DNA of 64,000 nucleotides from the NCBI RefSeq assembly GCF_963921235.1, contig NC_086097.1, forward strand, positions 199,208,001 to 199,272,000. The letters run 5' to 3'. This stretch comes from Mobula hypostoma. Its lineage: Eukaryota. Below the pieces are notes generated by a model. The model saw only the letters and a list, made by a program, of their open reading frames with translations. It made no database searches and was not told the DNA's origin. Numbering within the stretch: the first letter of the stretch is position 1; each line of letters opens with the position of its first letter. Below, piece after piece: positions 23,538 through 36,532 of this stretch. A program made the position numbers and the translations under genes.

Positions 23538-25921
23538 AATTATGAAAAGAAACTGGCCACTAATATCAAAGAAGATACTGAAAGCTTTTTTAAGTATATA
23601 AAGGGTAAAAGAGAGTTGAGGGTACATATATGACCAATAGAAAATGACACCGGAGATATTGTAATGAGACTCAGAGATGGCAGAGGAACTGAATGCGTAT
23701 TTTGAATCAGTCTTCACAGTGGAAGACATCTGCAGTATACCAGACATTCAAGAGTGTCAGGGAAGTGAAGTATGTGTAGTGAAAATTACGACTGAGAAGG
23801 TGCTCAGGAAGCTTAATAGTGGATGGTGGATAAATCTGGACCTGATGGAATGCACCCTTGGGTTCTGAAGGAGAGATTGCGGAGGCATCAACAATGATCT
23901 TTCAAGAATCAATAGATTCTGGTTTTGTACCAGATGGTTGGAAAATTGCAAATGTTACACTGCTATTTAGAAGGGTAGGAGGCAGCAGAAAGGAAACTGT
24001 AGACCTTTTAGCCTGACATCAGTGGTTGGGAAATCGTTGGAATCGATTGTTAGGGATGAGATTACAGAGTACTTGGAGGCACATGACAAGATAGGCCAAA
24101 GCCAGCATGGTTTCCTGAAAGGAAAATTCTGCTTGACTAACCTACTGCAATTCTTTGAGGAAATTACAAGTAGGGTAGACAAAGGAGATGCAGTAGATGT
24201 GGTGTACTAGGATTTTCAGAAGGCCTTTGATAAGATGCCGCACATGAGGCTGCTTAGTAAGATAAGAGCCTATGGAATTACAGGGAAGTTACATGGGTGG
24301 AGCATTGGCTGATTGGCAGAAAACAGAGAGTGGGAATAAAGGGATCCTATTCTGGCTGGTTGCCGGTTACCAGTGGAGTTCCACAGGGGTCGGTGTTGGG
24401 ACTGCTGATTTTTACGATGTATGTCAATGATTTGGACTATGAGATTAATGGATTTATGGCTAAATTTGCCAATGATACAAAGATAGCTGGAGTAGCGGGT
24501 AGTGTTGAGGAAATAGAGAGCTTGCAGAGAGACTTAGATAGTTTAGGGGAATGGGCAAAGAAGTGGCAAATGAAATACAATATTGGAAAGTGTATGGTCG
24601 TGAACTTTGGTGGAAGAAATAAACGGACAGATTATTATTTAGATAGGGAGAGAATTCAAAATATTGTGAAGGCCGAGTCATTGGGTGCACTTAAGGCAGA
24701 GATAGATAGGTTCTCGATTAGCCAGGGCATCAAAGGGTATGGGAAAAAAGCAGGGAAGTGGGGATGACTGGAAGAATTGGATCAGCCCACGATTGAATGG
24801 CAGAGCAGACTCGATGGGGCAAATGGCCTACTTCTGCTCCTGTATCTTATGGTCTTATGGGTAGAGCTAAGAAATGCAAGGGTAAAATGACCCTGATGAG
24901 AGTTCTATACAGGCTTCTGAAAAGTAGCAAACGTGGGCTACAAATTAAAACAGGAGATAGAGAACACATGTTAAAAAGGACAATGTTGCAATAGTCATGG
25001 TGGATTTCACCATGCAGGTAGATTGGGAAAATCAGGCTGGTGCTGGATCCCAAGAGGGGGAAGTTCTGGAATGCTTACAAGGTGGCTTTTTAGAGCATCT
25101 CATGGTCAAGCCCACAGGGGGATAAACTATTCTGGATTGGGTATTGTGCAATGAACTGGAATTGATTAGAGCTTAAGGTAAATGAACCCTCAGGAGGCAG
25201 TGATCATAATCTGATGGAATTCACCCTGCAATTTGAGAGGGAGAAGCTATGAAGTCAGATATATCAGTATTTCAGTGGAGTGAAGGGAATTACAGAAGCA
25301 TGAGTGGAGCTGGCCAAATTTGAATGGAAGGAGACACGAGCAGGAATGACAGCAAAGTAGCAATGACTGGAATAGTATTCTGAAGGCAGGATGAGGCAAC
25401 TATGGCTGACTAGGTGAGTCAAATACAACATAAAAGCCAAGGAGAGGGCATATACTACAGCAAAAATTAGTGGGTTAGAGGATTCGGAAGCTTTTAAGAA
25501 ACAACAGAAGGCAACTACAAATGTCATGAAGACAGAAAGGATGAAATATGAAGGTAGGTTAACCAAAAATATCCAAGAGGATACCAAAGGTTTCTTCAAG
25601 TATATAAAGATTAAATGAGAGGTGAGAGTAGATATTGGACTGCTGGAAAGTGCTGCTGGAGAGATAGCAATGGGGGACAAGAAAACGGTGGATGAACTGA
25701 ATAAATATTTTGCATCAGTTTTCACTGTGGAAGACAATAGCAGTATGCCGGAAGCTCAAGAGTGTCAGGGGCAGAAGTAAATGAAGTTGCTATTACTAGA
25801 GAGAGGGTGCTTGGGAAACTGAAAGGCCTTAAGCTAGATAAGTCACCTGGGCCAGATGGTCTATACCCAAGGGTTCTGAAAGACATGGCTGAAGAGAATG
25901 AAAGAGGCATTAGTAATAATC

Positions 25922-26345
25922 TTTCTGCTTCTGCTTCTGCTTGGTACTGCGCAAGCACTGCCAGATGGTAAATTGTAAAATAATCTTTTTTTGACTAGAT
26001 CCTCTAAATCGATTTGATTGAGTCTATCTTTAAAAATATTAATGTCAGAAATACTGCGCAGGTCTGGCGGCAGAAGATTCCACTCACTTGTTGATCTTGG
26101 GTAGAGAGAGTACTGGTAGCAAATCTTATTGAATGAAGGTGTTTCCAATATGTGAGGTCCCGTTTGCTGTCGAGTTGAACAGACCTTGTGACAAATTTGG
26201 ATGTTTGATGGAGTGGTGTTGTGAACTTCTTTGAAAGTGAAAATTAACCGTAGATTAATACGTCGGTTTTCAAGTGGTTCCCATTGAAGGTTAGAGAGCA
26301 TGTTCATGACACTGGATTTCCTGTTGTAATCGTTTAGCACAAATC
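25922..26345 (-). mobile_element. Short 3' fragment of a distinct CR1/L2-group LINE
   Basis: Open frame DYNRKSSVMNMLSNLQWEPLENRR…YQYSLYPRSTSEWNLLP, (GCAGAA)n tail, and TCTTTC repeated at the flanks. Confidence 0.8.
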
Positions 26346-27738
26346 AATAACCTCTTTCAAGATCTCTTTCAAGAATCAATAGATTCTGGCATGGCTCCAG
26401 AGGACCAAAGCATTGCAAATGTCACTCCACTCTTCAAGAAGGGATAGAGACAGAAGAAAGGAAATCATAGACTAGTTAGTCTGACCTCAGTGGTTGGGAA
26501 GATGTTAGAGTCGATTATTAAAGATGTGGTGTCAGGGTAATTCAATTCAATTCAATACTTGGAGGCACATGATTAAATAGGCCAAGGTCAGCATTGTTTT
26601 CTTCAGGAGAAATCTTGTCTAATAAACTTGTTGGAATTCTTTCAGGAAATAACAAGCAGGATAGACAAAGGAGAATTGGTGGATGTTGTGTACTTGGATT
26701 TTCTGAAGGCCTTTGACAAGATGTTGCACATGGGGCTGCTTAGCAAGATAAGAACCCATCATGTTACAGGAAAGATACTAGCATGGATAGAGCATTGGCT
26801 GATTGGCAGGAGGCAAATAGTGGGAATAAAGGCAGCCTTTTCTGGTTTGCTGTTGGTGACTACTGGTGTTCCACAGAAGTCTGTATAGGGACCACTTCTT
26901 CTTATATCATTATATTTGTATATTGGAATTGATGGCTTTGTTTGTATGATGGAATTGATGTTTGCGAATGATATGCAGATAGGTGGAGGGGCAGGTAGTG
27001 TTGAGAAAGCAGAAGGACTTAGACAGATTAGGAGAACAGGGAAAGAAGTGGCAGATGGAATACAGTGTCAGGAAGTGTATGGTCATGCATTTTGGTAGAA
27101 GAAGTTAATGCATAGACTATTTTCTAAATGGAGAAAAAATTCAAAAATCCAAGGTGCAAAGAGACGTGAGTCATCTTGCAGGATTCCCTTAAGGTTAATT
27201 TACAGGTTGAGTTGGTGGTGAGGAAGGCAAATGTGATGTTAGCATTCATTCCAAGAGGACTAAAATATGAAAAGTAAGGATGTCATGTTGAGGTTTTATA
27301 AGGCATGAGTAAGGCCTCACTTGGAGTATTGTGAGCAGTATAGGGTCCATTATCTAAGAAAGAAGGTGCTGACATTAGAGAGGGTTCACAAGAGGGTCAT
27401 GAGATTGATTCTGGAAGTGAAAGGTTTGCTTTATGAGCACCAGTTGATAGCCCTGGGTTTGTACTCACTGGAATTCAGAAGAACGAAAAGGGTTCTCATT
27501 GAAAACCTTCAAATGTTGAAAGGCCTTGAATGAGTGGATGTGGAGAGGACGTTTCCTGTGGTGGGAGAATCTTGGACCAGAGGGCACAGCCTCAGGATAG
27601 AGGGATGTCTATTTAAAATGGAGATGAGGAATTTCTTTAGCCATAATGTAGTGAATCTGTGGAATTCATTGCCCCACGTGGCTTTGGAGGCCAAATCATT
27701 GGATATATTTAAGACAGAAGCTGATAGATTCTTGATTA

Positions 27739-27889
27739 ACACAAAATACTCTGCAGATGCTGGGGTCAAAGCAACACACACAAAACGCTGGAGGAACTCA
27801 GCAGGTAGGGCAGCATCTGTGGAAACAAATAGTCAATATTTCCACGGATGCTGCCCGACCTGCTGAGTTCCTCCAGCGTTTTGTGTGTG
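27739..27889. mobile_element. Penelope pLTR-derived fold-back mini-element (second subfamily)
   Basis: Inverted arms about 27774-27825 and 27839-27890, plus a tail. Perfect 14-bp TSD TAGATTCTTGATTA (27725-27738, 27890-27903). Confidence 0.9.
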
Positions 27890-28049
27890 TAGATTCTTGA
27901 TTAGTCAGGGCATGAAGGGTTACTGGGAGAAGGCAGGAGATTGGGACTGAGAGGGAACTGGATCAGCAATGATGAAATGGCAGAGAAGGCTCGATGGGCC
28001 AAATGATTTAATTCTGCTCCTGTATCTTATGACCTTATGGTTTTAAAAG

Positions 28050-28810
28050 CATCATCTTAAGCATTCCTTTGGGGTCATGGATAACCTGAGACCACTTTGA
28101 TCCTATGGGTTCTAAACTACCTGATGAGGCCAATGTGGGAAATGTAGACCCTGAAGGTGACACAAAATGTATCTGACAAGGTGGATGGGTGGTTGGATTG
28201 TGAGGTGGTGAGCTCCTTCTATCATTTGCTATAGACTTCTGTGTGTTTCTAATGCATGGATCGCTGTCCTATTTCCTGTTTCTTCTCCTTTTGAGTGGTT
28301 GGGGACCATGCATTCCCAGGAGTTGTTGGGCATGTTGTATTCTGTCAAGGAGGTTTAAAGGGCATCTTTGAGTCTTTCCCATTATCTTCCCTTGATAGAG
28401 CTTGGAACAGAATATCTATATTTTAAATTTTGAGAATAGTGAGCCATATAATCATTGAATGATAATCTTTGTAAAAACCCTGACTGTCAGTTTCAGGCAT
28501 TCCTTCTACATCCATGCAGTATTTGCCCAAGGTTGCAGTCAAGCTAGTTGAAGGAAAACTGATGCTTTCCTGGAGGTGGCTACAGATGGCAGTGAAAGAA
28601 AAAAAATGGATGTCTCTTTGCTCCCTATGTATAGACCGAATTGAGGTTGTCTGCCACAGAGATACTGGTTGTCTTTCTGAAAGTATGATGTCTACATAAG
28701 TGCTGAAGCAATCTGAAGAGAATATAGTTTTTTTTCTACCCAGACATCTACTTACATTTCCCACTAACAGAGGAAGATTAACATGTCTGAACAGTATGTA
28801 AATAGTCCTG
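28050..28810 (-). mobile_element. Highly decayed RTE-like LINE fragment
   Basis: 3' end and body loosely resemble the RTE at 14460-15040. Confidence 0.45.
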
Positions 28811-29026
28811 CATACAGCATCCCACTCTCCCCTTTGGTCACACCATTAATTCCGTTCAGCATAAGAGGCAATTCATCTTAGTTCCCGTGACAGCTTTTTG
28901 TAAGCAACGCAGTCAGTCCCATTCCCTCCTGCCCTCCTCCTTGCTCCATTACCCTGCAAATTATTTTTCTTCATATTGTTCTCTAGTTCCATTTTTAAAG
29001 TTGCCATTACTTGTACAGCGACTTAC

Positions 29027-29084
29027 ACCATTCTTTTTCCCACTTAAGCAAAAGCATTTTTAAAGAAATCCCAGATACTGAATC
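29027..29084 (-). CDS. Weak candidate host exon (DSVSGISLKMLLLKWEKEW)
   Basis: Acceptor ctaacAG, consensus donor GTAAGT, open in one frame. The phase link to the downstream exon is not closed. Confidence 0.3.
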
Positions 29085-29149
29085 CTGTTAGCTGTGTATT
29101 GCAGGATGAAGCAAAATCATGGCAAAACTCGGACTAAATTATGAGTTAA

Positions 29150-31270
29150 CATAGAAACATAGTAAACCTACAGCACAATACAGGCCCTTCGGCCCACAAT
29201 GCTGTGCCAAACATGTACTTACTTTAGAAATTACCTAGGGTTACCCATGGTCTCTATTTTTCTAAGCTCCATGTACCTACCCAGGAGTCTCTTAAAAGAC
29301 CCTATTGTATCTGCCTCCACCATCGTCGTCACTCTCTGCGTAAAAAATTTAATCCTGATATCTGCTCTGTAGCTACTTCCAAGCACCATAAAACTGTGCC
29401 GTCTCGTGTTAGCCATTTCAGCCCTGGGAAGAAGCCTTTGACTATCCGCATGATCAATGCCTCTCATCATCTTATACACCTCTATCAGGTCACCTCTCAT
29501 CCTTCATCGCTTCAAGGAGAAGAGGCCAAATTCACTCAAAGTATTCTCATAAGGCATGCTCCCCAATCCAGGCAACATCCTTGTAAACCTCTTCTGCACC
29601 CTTATTATAGTTTCCACATTCTTCCTGTAGTGAGGTGATCATAACTGAGCACAGTACTCCAAGTAGGGTCTGACCAGGGTCCTATATAACTGCAACATTA
29701 CCTCTCGGCTCTTGAACTCAATCCCATAGTTGATGAAGGCCAATACATCATATGCCTTCTTAACCACACAGTCAACCTGCACAGCACCTTCGAGTGTCCT
29801 GTGGACTCAGACCCCAAGATCACTCTGATCCTCCACACTGCCAGTAGTCTTACCATTAATACTATATTCTGCCATCATATTTGACCTACCAAAATGAACC
29901 ACCTCACACTTACCTGGGCTGAACTCCATCTGCCACTTCTCAGCACAGTTTTGCATCCTATCAATATCCTATTGTAACCTCTGACAGCCCTCCACACTAT
30001 CCACAACACCCCCAACCTTTGTGTCATCAGCAAATTTACTAACCCATCCCTCCACTTCCTCATCCAGGTAATTTATAAAAATCATGAAGAGAAGGGGTCC
30101 CAGAACAGATCCCTGAGGCACACCACCGGTCACTGACCTCCTTGCAGAATATGACCCATCTACAACCACTCAGGATCTTTTCCATCGACTTACCAACCAC
30201 TGAAATAAGACTCGCTGGTCTATAATTTCCTGGGCTATCTCTACTCCCTTTCTCGAATAAGGTAATAACACCTGCAACCCTCCTATCTTCTGGAACTTCT
30301 CCTGTCCCCATTGACGGTTCTGGAACCTCTCCTGTCCCCAATGATCATTGCCAGAGGCTCAGCAATCTCCTCCCTTGCCTCCCACAGTAGCCTGGGGTAT
30401 GTCTCATCTGGTCCTGGTGACTTGTCCAACTTGATGCTTTCCAAAAGCTCCAGCACATCCTCTTTCTTAATGTCTATATGCTCAAGCTTTTCAAACTGCT
30501 GTAAGTCATCCCTACAATCGCCAAGGTCCTTTTCTGTAGTGAATACTGAAGCAAAGTATTCATTAAGCACCTTCACTCCCTCCTCCGGTTCCATGTGCAC
30601 TTTTCTATTGTCGCACTTGATTGGTCCTATTCTCTCGTTTCTTATCCTCTTGCTCTTCACATACTCGTAGAATGCCTTGGGGTTTTCCTTAATCCTGCTC
30701 ACCAAGGCCTTCTCATGGCTCCTTCTGGCTCTCCTGATTTCATTCTTAAGTTCCTTCCTGCTAGTGTTATAATTTTCTAGATCTCTATCATTACCTTGTT
30801 TTTTTGAACCTTTCGTCAGCTTTTCTTTTCTTCGTGACTAGATTTTGTAGACCATGGTTCCTGTACCCTACCATCCTTTCCCTATTTCATTGGAACGTAC
30901 CTATGCAGAATGCTATGCAAATATTCCCTGAACATTTGTCACATTTCTGCCGTACATTTCCCTGAAAACATCTGTTCCCAATTAATGCTTCCAAGTTCCA
31001 GCCTGATAGCTTCATATTTCCCCTTACTCCCATTAAACTCTTTCCCAACTTGTCTGTTCCTATCCCTCTCCAATGCTATGGTAAAGGAGATAGAATTGTG
31101 ATCACTATCTCCAAAATGCTCTCCCACTGAGAGACCTGACACCTGACCAGGTTCATTTCCCAATACCAGATCAAGTATAGCCTCTCTTCTTGTAGGCTTA
31201 TCTACATATTGCGTCAGGAAACCTTCCTGAACACACCTAACAAACTCCACCCCATCTAAACCCCTTGCTG
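29150..31270 (-). mobile_element. CR1 LINE with internal deletions (APE end + RT)
   Basis: ILDLVLGNEPGQV..GDSDH, KSPGPD, NYRPASL, GVPQGSVLGP and KFADD motifs, with a CATAGAAA tail. Confidence 0.9.
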
Positions 31271-32289
31271 TAGGGGTTATTCAATTACTTTTGCTCTCAG
31301 CAATTACTTCTGAACTTCTGACCCAGATGTGTACAGAAAAGATTTTGGGGGGAAATGGAATTAATTAGTATAATACACGATGAAGCCATTCCTGTTCACT
31401 TCTCCACAACCAGTACATTAAACGGACATTTCCGGCCATTCTTTATAATTGCTAAATGCAGATAGCTCTATTTACACTATCCACACACTCCATACAGTAT
31501 AATCAGGGGATAGTATGGCCAGTTTCAATCAGTCATTAAAGCCAGTTAGCACTTAGAGTCAAAGAGAGAGACAGCATGTAATGTTCCTTTGGCCTACATC
31601 CATTTACATGCATTGTACATCAATCCCATTTACTATTTCTTCCACTGTCACATTACTCCCGCCATATTCTACAAGCAAAGGAAGCACACATGGTCACAGA
31701 GAAAGCATGCAGTCTCCAGGCAGATTACACCTGATGTTAAGATTAAACCTAAGCCTCTGGAGCTGTGAAGTGTCAGCTCTTCGAGGTGCACCACAGTGCC
31801 GGCAATAGAGGGAAATACAGTGTGAATGCAAAAACTGATCAGAGTTGCTTGAAAGGTGAATCTTGTGCTTTAATACTCGAAAAAGAGATGGCTATATGCA
31901 AAGTTTCCACTGCACTTGAAATGTGAAACAGATCTCCTCTGGATACTTGCTCAGGCACCAGCAGTATGTTGTGGTGTCAGCTCCATGCCAGGGATGGTGC
32001 TCCTAGATCATAGACTTAGTGTTGGTGAATAATCTGACATGTTGTCAGGACAAAATAGTTCACAATCAAATGACAAATACCACCACTTCTGCTTCTTCTG
32101 TGTTCAATTAATTGCAGTGCTATTAGCAATCTTAAAATATCAGTCAGTACTCAACTATAGCTAGGTATGTCTTGTCCTCGCAAGGATGAAAGTCCCTTTC
32201 ATAATGACAGTGTTTCAAATCAGGTTGGCACACCAGCCCAGCATAGTGCAGGGCCTTCATTACACACTTGCCTAAAGGAAAAGGGTATT

Positions 32290-32580
32290 TATTGTTTACT
32301 TATTGAGACACATCATGGTGTAGGCCCTTGCAGCCCTTGGAGCTACACTGCCTGACAACCTACCTGTTAAACCCTAGCCTAATGAGGGGACAATTTACAA
32401 TGATCAATTAGCCTCCTGACTGCTACGTCTTTGGACTGTGGGAGGAAACCGGAGCGCCTTGAGGAAACCCCTCAGGTCACAGGGAGTATGTACAAACTCC
32501 TTTCAGATGGCGGTGGGAATTGTACCTGGGTCTCTGGTACTGTAAGACGTCACGCTGGCCACTACAACTGTTGCACCACA
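32290..32580 (-). mobile_element. V-SINE (HE1-like)
   Basis: Characteristic tgtgggaggaaaccggag…ggaaaccc…gtcacaggga…tacaaactcc central domain. Weaker relics at about 31560-31800, 49950-50220 (+) and 58540-58855. Confidence 0.75.
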
Positions 32581-34775
32581 TGTTGCAGCTGACAGCAAAT
32601 GGCAAAGAAGAAATGGAGAAGGAAGACACAAGAGAGCGTGGGTGCTGGAATCTCAACCAGGATTCCCCAGCAGGCGCTCATGCAGTGAGGTTAGCTTTGG
32701 CTTTGCTCCATTACCGTTACTTTTTTTTTAAACCTATGATCACCCTTATTTAATTCATTTTTACCTACGCTAAAAGATTTATGCTATTGAATTATCCCTG
32801 AGTTTTGACTGCGAAATTTGAAGAAATGAGCAAAGAAATAAGTACAAGAGCCAAAGGGCGAGATCCTAAAAATGGGAAAGATTCCAACGGTAATGGGAGG
32901 TAAAAGGTGAACCTAAGCAAACTGAATTTACTTATGATACACTATTGAATCTTTTAAGTATAAAATTTGATGAACAACGTCAAAGTTTTAAAGAAGACTT
33001 AAAGTCAATTAAGGATTCTTTGGAATCGCTTGATTACGAAGTTAAACAGCAACAAAGCAAATTTGCAGAATTGAACAATGAAGCCCAGAAGAGAGATCTG
33101 AAAATTGAGAGTCTAGAACAAAAATTGTCTTCAATGTCTAAACAGCTGGAGAGTTTTAAATCCAAGATTACTGATCTTGAAAATCGATCTAGAAGACAGA
33201 ACTTACGTATAATTGGTCTCCCCAAGGATGTCGAGGAAGGGGACCCTTTATAATTCTTTTCTCAACTTTTGAAGGATGCATTTAGCTCTGTATTTCCAGA
33301 TGATCCTCCATTGCTCGATCGCATTCACTGTACACTTTGTCGAAAACTGTACCCGGGGTCTAAACCGAGACCAGTGGTTATCTGTTTCCATTATGTTCAC
33401 GTTAAAGAGCATCTCATCTGAATTGCCCGTCGGCGAGGTATGATTAAATTTCAAGATTATCAATTCCATCTCGTGGAGGACTTTAGTGCAGAAGTAATGA
33501 AGGAGTGGGTGGCTTTCAAATCTCTGATGTCGGAATGTTACCAAAAAGCTCTCAGACCAGCTTTATTGTACCTTGCGCATTTAAGAATTTCTCCTCCAGA
33601 AGGACCACGCCGTATCTTTTATTCCACAAATGCTGTTCAAAATTTCTTGGATGAGCACTATCCAACTGCTACGGATACTTCACTCTAATTAATGTATGGC
33701 TCTCGCAGTATTGGCTCTGTTTTTAACGTGCTTCTTTTTAAAGCCTGTATTTATCTTATGAAAATGGACCTTTATAAGTTCAAGATTTTCATTTTTTGGT
33801 TAGTAGTGTAGGTATTTTTCACATTTCAATTTAAGTTTTTCTTTGTTGATGAATTTGTTTTTTCTTATTTTGCTAATCTCTAACTATTTGATTTTTGACA
33901 TTGTTATTAACGATTTGATGCTGAATTTCTATTACACTGGAGGAATATCTTGTGTTTTTTTGCATCGTATAATTAAGATGGCAGTTTGTTTTCCTTTCTT
34001 CATAATACCTTTTGTTTTTTTTTACTGCGCCATTTTTTCATGTTCCTCTTCCCGTAATTCCTTTCTTTCTTCTGAAGTGCCATTTTTAATTGTTTATGTT
34101 TGTAATTGACTAATAGTATGCATTGGCGTTTACTCTTTTCTCTCATTTAAAAAAAAACCCACAATATTAAGATTGTTATAGTTCAATGTTTAATTTTTCT
34201 TTTGGATTTCAGGTGGTTCTCTTTTCAACATATATCTTTGGAGTCGCCTTCTGGAGAAATGGGGGTAGAGTTAGTGTTAGTTTATTCTCTGGCCTTTTTC
34301 TGGCTTAGTCTCGGATCTTTTTGGGTGGAGGGTGGGGTTTTTTTTTAACTATTAGTTTTTTCAATTGGTCTGACTCAGAACTACAAAAATTTCTGCAGTG
34401 TCATGACTTCCAGTTCCTTTTTGAATTTTTGTTCCTCTTCCTTCTTCATGAGTTTACATTATGGTTAATCCTTTATATATCAAAGGGTTGATTCTAGGTA
34501 AATATGGCTCAGATTATTAATTTTGTCTCTTGGAATACAAATGACTTAAACCATCCGATTAAAAGGAAAAAGATTTTTAAAATATTCCAAAGATTGAATG
34601 CTCATATTATTTTTGCACAAGAAACTCAGGTGAGGAAAGAGGATAATCAGCGTTTCTTTCGGTTTTGGAAGGGAGGAGAGTCGAACTCCCAGGCCAAAGT
34701 GAAGGGAGGAGAGTCGAACTCCCAGGCCAAAGTGAAGGGAGTTTCAATTTTTATAGATTCCTCAATTATATTTAG

Positions 34776-36156
34776 AAACATAGAAACATAGAAAATAGGT
34801 GCAGGAGTAGGCCATTCGGTCCTTCGAGCCTGCACCACCATTCAGTACGATCATGGCTGATCATCCAACTCAGAACCCTATGCCTGCCTTCTCTGCATTA
34901 CCCGATCCCTTTAGCCACAATGGCCATATCTAACGCCTTCTTAAATATAGTCAATGAACTGGCCTCAACTCTTTCCTGTGGCAGAGAATTCCACAGATTC
35001 ACCACTCTCTGTGTGAAGAAGTTTTTCCTCATCTTGGTCCTAAAAGGCTTCCCCTTTATCCTTAAACTGTGACCCCTCGTTCTGGACTTCCCCAACATCG
35101 GGAACAATCTTCTTGCATCTAGCCTGTCCAATCCCTTTAGAATTTTATACGTTTCAATAAGATCCCCCCTCAATCTTCTAAATTCCAGCGAGTATAAGCC
35201 TAGTCGATCCAGTCTTTCTTCATATGAAAGTCCTGCCATCCCAGGAATCAATCTGGTGAACCTTCTTTGTACTCCCTCTATGGCAAGAATGTCTTTCCTC
35301 AGATTAGGGGACCAAAACTGCTCACAATACTCCAGGTGTGGTCTCACCAAGGCCTTGTACAACTGTAGTAGAACCTCCCTGCTCCTGTACTCGAATCCTC
35401 TTGCTATGAATGCCAACATACCATTCGCCTTTTTCACCGCCTGCTGTACCTGCATGCCCACTTTTAATGACTAGTGTACAATGACACCCAGGTCTCGCTG
35501 CACCTCCCGTTTTCCTAATCGGCCACCATTCAGATAATAATCTGTTTTCCTGTTCTTGCCACCAAAGTGGATAACCTCACATTTATCCACATTAACTTGC
35601 ATCTGCCGTGAATTTGCCCACTCACCTAACCTATCCAAGTCACCCTGCATCCTCTTAGCATCCTCCTCACAGCTAACACTGCCACCCAACTTCATGTCAT
35701 CCGCAAACCTGGAGATGCTGCATTTAATTCCCTTGTCAAGGTCATTAATATATATTGTAAACAACTGGGGTCCCAGCACTGAGCCTTGCAGTACCCCACT
35801 AGTCACTGCCTGCCATTCTGAAAAGGTCCTGTTTATCCCCACTCTTTGCATCCTGTCTGCCAACCAATTCTCTATCCACATCAATACTATACCCCCAATA
35901 CCGTGTGCTTTAAGTTTGCACACTAATCTCCTGTGTGGGACCTTGTCAAAAGCCTTTTGAAAATCCAAATATACCACATCCACTGGTTCTCCCCTATCTA
36001 CTCTACATCCTCAAAAACTTCTATGAGATTCGTCAGACATGATTTTCCTTTCACAAATCCATACTGACTTTGTCTGATGGTTTCACCTCTTTCCAAATGT
36101 GCTGTTATCACATCTTTGGTTACTGATTCTAGCAGCTTCCCCACCACCGATGTCAG
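34776..36156 (-). mobile_element. CR1 LINE (same young family as 6856 and 15041) inserted in the L1 endonuclease
   Basis: ORFs 34898-35461 and 35471-35983 are nearly identical to the other copies. (CATAGAAA)n tail. Confidence 0.95.
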
Positions 36157-36336
36157 GCTTTTTGTTACTTGTTCTCAATAACATTATTTCAGATCCGAAT
36201 GGCAGATTTTTGTTAATTACTGGATTATTTTTTAATTAAAAAGTTGTTATGGTTAATGTCTATGCTCCAAACATGGGCTATCCCGAATTTTTTAAGCACT
36301 TATTTACTTACTTTCCTAATTTAAACAAGATAAATG

Positions 36337-36532
36337 CAAACAACAGGAATTCTGCAGATGCTGGAAATTCAAGCAACACACATCAAAGTTGCTGGTGAAC
36401 GCAGCAGGCCAGGCAGCATCTGTAGGAAGAGGTGCAGTCGATGTTTCAGGCCGGCCTGAAACGTCGACTGCACCTCTTCCTACAGATGCTGCCTGGCCTG
36501 CTGCGTTCACCAGCAACTTTGATGTGTGTTGC
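36337..36532. mobile_element. Penelope fold-back mini-element forming a spacer-less 160-bp palindrome
   Basis: Arms 36373-36452 and 36453-36532 with one mismatch, centre TTCAGGCC|GGCCTGAA, tail 36337-36372, and imperfect TSD caagataaatg/caagtatatg. Confidence 0.9.

Larger units (their letters stand above)
20172..24859 (+). mobile_element. Second CR1 copy nested in the endonuclease domain of the first
   Basis: Restarts APE, continues through SDHNMIEF and RT (GVPQGSVLG), has an internal deletion near 24660, and ends with its own tail tcttatggtcttatg. Confidence 0.75.
18480..28040 (+). mobile_element. Old near-full-length CR1 LINE (ORF1 Zn-finger + SGNH esterase; ORF2 APE-RT), heavily nested
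   Basis: ORF 19202-19723 has ILVGDSVVRG (GDSL/SGNH esterase of CR1 ORF1). APE starts near 19890 and resumes at 24860, RT remnants lie at 25760-27720, and the 3' tail is at about 28020-28040. Confidence 0.8.
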
